Origin: Octopus sinensis
Taxonomy: Eukaryota
Assembly: GCF_006345805.1 (NCBI RefSeq)
Contig: NC_043011.1
Span: 48,620,464-48,684,463, forward strand
Direction: 5' to 3'
DNA length: 64,000 nt
Part shown: positions 61,984-64,000 of the stretch, piece by piece
Position numbering within the stretch: the stretch's first letter is position 1
How the letters are laid out: every line of letters starts with the position of its first letter
Notes under the pieces: generated by a model
Told to the model about the DNA's origin: nothing
The model's input: only the letters and a program-made list of their open reading frames with translations
Database searches by the model: none
Program-made: the position numbers and the translations under genes

Positions 61984-63326
61984 AGTAATAATATTATATT
62001 AGCAAGGCCTTCTCAATTAAGTCTTTCTAATGGACATGTTGCACTCAGATTTAAGAATTAAAAATTGGCTTCCATTATTTTAAACACAAAAGGAAAGACT
62101 ATTGAATGAAACTTAGCTAAAATATTCAAAACATCAGTCATTAAACATATAGTTATCTCTTTCACATACACCCCCTCTCTCTCTCTCTTGCTATTTCTCT
62201 CACTATTTCTTGCGTGTTTTCTTTTTTACATTTTGATTTTTACAGCTTTGTTAAGCGGAGAAGTGGAAGTGCATATGACTTTTTTTCCAATCATCAAAGA
62301 CTAGTTAGAAGAATAGAAGAAGGTTATCTTCAAACCAGATATCCAACCTGAATATTCGCAACAATGTGATTACACCACTAATGGCACTGAAGGTGCGAGA
62401 GCATGTTGTTAAAAGTAAAATAAAAATACCATTCAAAAACAGGTAAAAAAATTTTCTCCTCTTGGCTTCCTGGTAGTTTTCTTTTCATTCAAAAGGCTTT
62501 GATCCACTCAGGGCTATGATAATAAAAACACTCACCCAAGGTGCCAAGTACTGGAATTGAACTTGAAACCATTCAGCTTCAAAGCAAATTTCTTAATGAT
62601 GTAGCCATTTCTATGCCCATAAGGTTGCGTTTCTCTTTGCTTCTCTTTGTTTCATCCAGAAGATGAGTTTTTTTTTTTTTTCTTGTAAATGAACTTCAAG
62701 AACTGCTAGCATGGGTGATGTAGTAGGGGTGTGAACAACACACCTGCTCATTCAACAGTCTGCCGCCAGACTAATCGAATCAATAGAAATTATTATTAAT
62801 ACTCTTATACTTTGTTGTTAGATGCACCACCAGCAACATTTCTTCTGTGACCAATAATCTCACCTTAAGTATAAATGTTTCTATGATAAATGTATAACAG
62901 AATTAGATTCGGTTTCTCTCCTTCTATCTGTCACTTCTTCCTCTCTTTCTCTCTCTTCTATCCGTAACGCTGGAAATAATTCTAAACACAAATATTTCTC
63001 CCATCAATTTTTTTTAACAGTCAACAGTTTTAGTTTTTGTTGTTATTTAATTAACTTAAGCTATTTAATTAATTAATTATTTCCAATAATTTCTCTTCTT
63101 ATTTTTCATAAAGTACTGAAAAAATTTTTATATTTATTATTATTATTTTCAAAATTTTTTTTGTCCTTTCGTCTTTGCATAAGTGTTCCTCTCACAGTTA
63201 AAAAACAAAAAAAACAAAAAAGGACAATTTGTACTGTGTAAAATCTAGGTATAGAACAGGTGTGGACACATTTTTTCCCTTTGTCTTTCAGAAAACTTCA
63301 GTCAGATTTGGCGCCATATAAAGAGT

Positions 63327-63554
63327 TTAACCCTTTCATTACTGTATTTATTTTGAGATGCTCTGTGTTTCTTTCAATTATTTTAAATGTAACAAAGAAT
63401 TTAGTAAAATAACTTACTTATCGTTCAGCTAGTGTTTGGAACATAAATTGTGACTAAGGTTTGGTGGAAGATTTTAATTCAAAACTTATGAAAACATGAC
63501 ATTTACACTCAGAGCCAGGGCCGGTTTCAGCCGGTTTGCAAATGAAAGGTTTAA
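63327..63554. mobile_element. piggyBac-like MITE (~220 bp)
   Basis: TTAA-CCCTTTCATT ... AATGAAAGGT-TTAA: terminal inverted repeat with TTAA target site on both sides. Confidence 0.75.
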
Positions 63555-63639
63555 GACAAAGTTCAGACCATGGACCGTGTCACACTAGCACTCATTAGCT
63601 TTAATATTGGTAATCATGCCAGTTCTTCTGCTGTATTAT

Positions 63640-64000
63640 TACTAGTATTATTGTTCTTCAGTAGTTTTATTTTTTATAGCGTGCTTTCACTTCACTACCG
63701 AGTGCAACTCTGTGTGCCTTGGGTATGTGTTGTGATTTGTTGTGATGCTCTGATGGTTACTGTATGGAAAGTGTTCTGCACAGGATGTGTGCAGTGCCTA
63801 GTAGTGCAATTTTCTGTATGTTATATGTGTTTGTAAGTCCTGGTGTTTTTGTTATGTATTTGTCTGAATATTTTTTTATCATGCCTAATGCACCTACTAT
63901 GATAGGAATTGTTTCTGTTTTCAGATTCCACATTCTGGTTACCTCTATTTCCAGGTCTTTGTATTTTGAAAGTTTCTCCATTTCTTTTAGAGATACGTTG
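63640..64000 (-). mobile_element. R4/Dong-clade (restriction-like endonuclease) non-LTR retrotransposon 3' end, running off the window
   Basis: C-terminal ORF plus ~110-bp 3' UTR ending in a decayed AAT-rich tract. Confidence 0.82.
63757..63981 (-). pseudogene. C-terminal REL endonuclease region of an R4/Dong-like ORF (partial; extends beyond the window)
   Basis: KLSKYKDLEIEVTRMWNLKTETIPIIVGALG...IQKIALLGTAHIL, the KYxxL / PIxVGALG / QKxALLGT motifs of R4/Dong elements. Confidence 0.82.

Overview
AT-rich, repeat-saturated animal genomic DNA, most likely from a cephalopod (Octopus-like). The taxon is inferred from the tRNA-derived SINE families and the extreme (TA)n/(AAT)n/(CA)n load; no database was consulted. 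No host protein-coding gene, rRNA, true tRNA or CRISPR array could be supported, and almost all listed ORFs are microsatellite or SINE translations. The window looks intronic or intergenic. It contains: about 20 copies of a CORE-like tRNA SINE (here family A); many mono- and multimeric copies of a second SINE (family B); a third tRNA-SINE group (F/G); an (AAT)n-associated unclassified repeat (D); a 5'-truncated RTE LINE with many short copies of its 3' tail; fragments of mariner, R4/Dong and CR1/L2; and several MITEs (Tigger-like, piggyBac-like, Helitron/HINE-like). The most interesting signal is a set of at least five sequence-unrelated families of minimal type I hammerhead-ribozyme-like motifs (CUGANGA...GAAA with a palindromic stem III). 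Most lie in inverted-repeat or fold-back structures and none has an adjacent Penelope RT ORF. There are also two near-perfect long palindromes and SINE multimers with recurrent junctions. Coordinates were read by eye, and repeat boundaries are approximate.
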